Positions 28,776-28,809 of a stretch of 28,809 nucleotides of DNA are shown one piece after another (position 1 is the first letter of the stretch; every line of letters begins with the position of its first letter). The notes below the pieces were generated by a model. It had not been told where the DNA came from and made no database searches. It worked only from the letters and a program-made list of their open reading frames with translations. The position numbers and the translations under genes were made by a program. This DNA is from Amoeboradix gromovi X-113 (lineage: Eukaryota > Fungi > Sanchytriomycota). Location of the stretch: assembly GCA_018985225.1 (NCBI GenBank), contig JADGIF010000042.1, forward strand, positions 1-28,809, in the 5' to 3' direction.

Positions 28776-28809
28776 GGGACATCAAATATAAAAACTGGAC
28801 TAACTTTCT
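28776..28809 (+). mobile_element. Left end of another family member (runs off the window)
   Basis: GGGACATCAAATATAAAAACTGGACTAACTTTCT is 34/34 identical to 4157-4190. The match starts exactly at GGG and is preceded by TAC-ACTC. Confidence 0.85.

Overview
A very compact, AT-rich eukaryotic region with fungus-like opisthokont gene content and the standard genetic code. It holds about 19 host genes with intergenic gaps of only 4-250 bp and three ultra-short 19-20 nt GT-AG introns. In many genes an A(A/G)TAAA poly(A)-type hexamer overlaps the stop codon. Host genes: USP deubiquitinase, phenylalanine hydroxylase, mitochondrial TrpRS, TBC Rab-GAP, Hikeshi/Opi10, double-PHD Rco1-like protein, mitochondrial IF2, NEMF/Rqc2, NudC, Munc13-homology protein, Mak21/Noc1, holocytochrome c synthase, calponin-like protein, Mgm1, Sac1, two coiled-coil orphans and two small ORFs. 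The main signal is absent from the ORF track. The window opens on the last 40 codons of a Fanzor/TnpB-type RNA-guided nuclease (VDRDVNACCNNLQV...GERPGWQQR), followed by an ~85-nt stem-loop ending in a transposon terminus (…TGTCCC), the layout expected for an omegaRNA. Every large intergenic gap holds relics of the same element: degenerate Fanzor tails at 359-504, 10829-11080 and 15728-16010 (-), a nested TIR cluster at 4123-5171, and a left end at 28776-28809. The termini are GGGACA…TGTCCC with an apparent 4-bp TSD and a TAC^ANNN target motif. At four of four loci the right (omegaRNA/guide) end lies 0-49 nt upstream of a host ATG in sense orientation. Species identity, expression and nuclease activity cannot be determined from this window.
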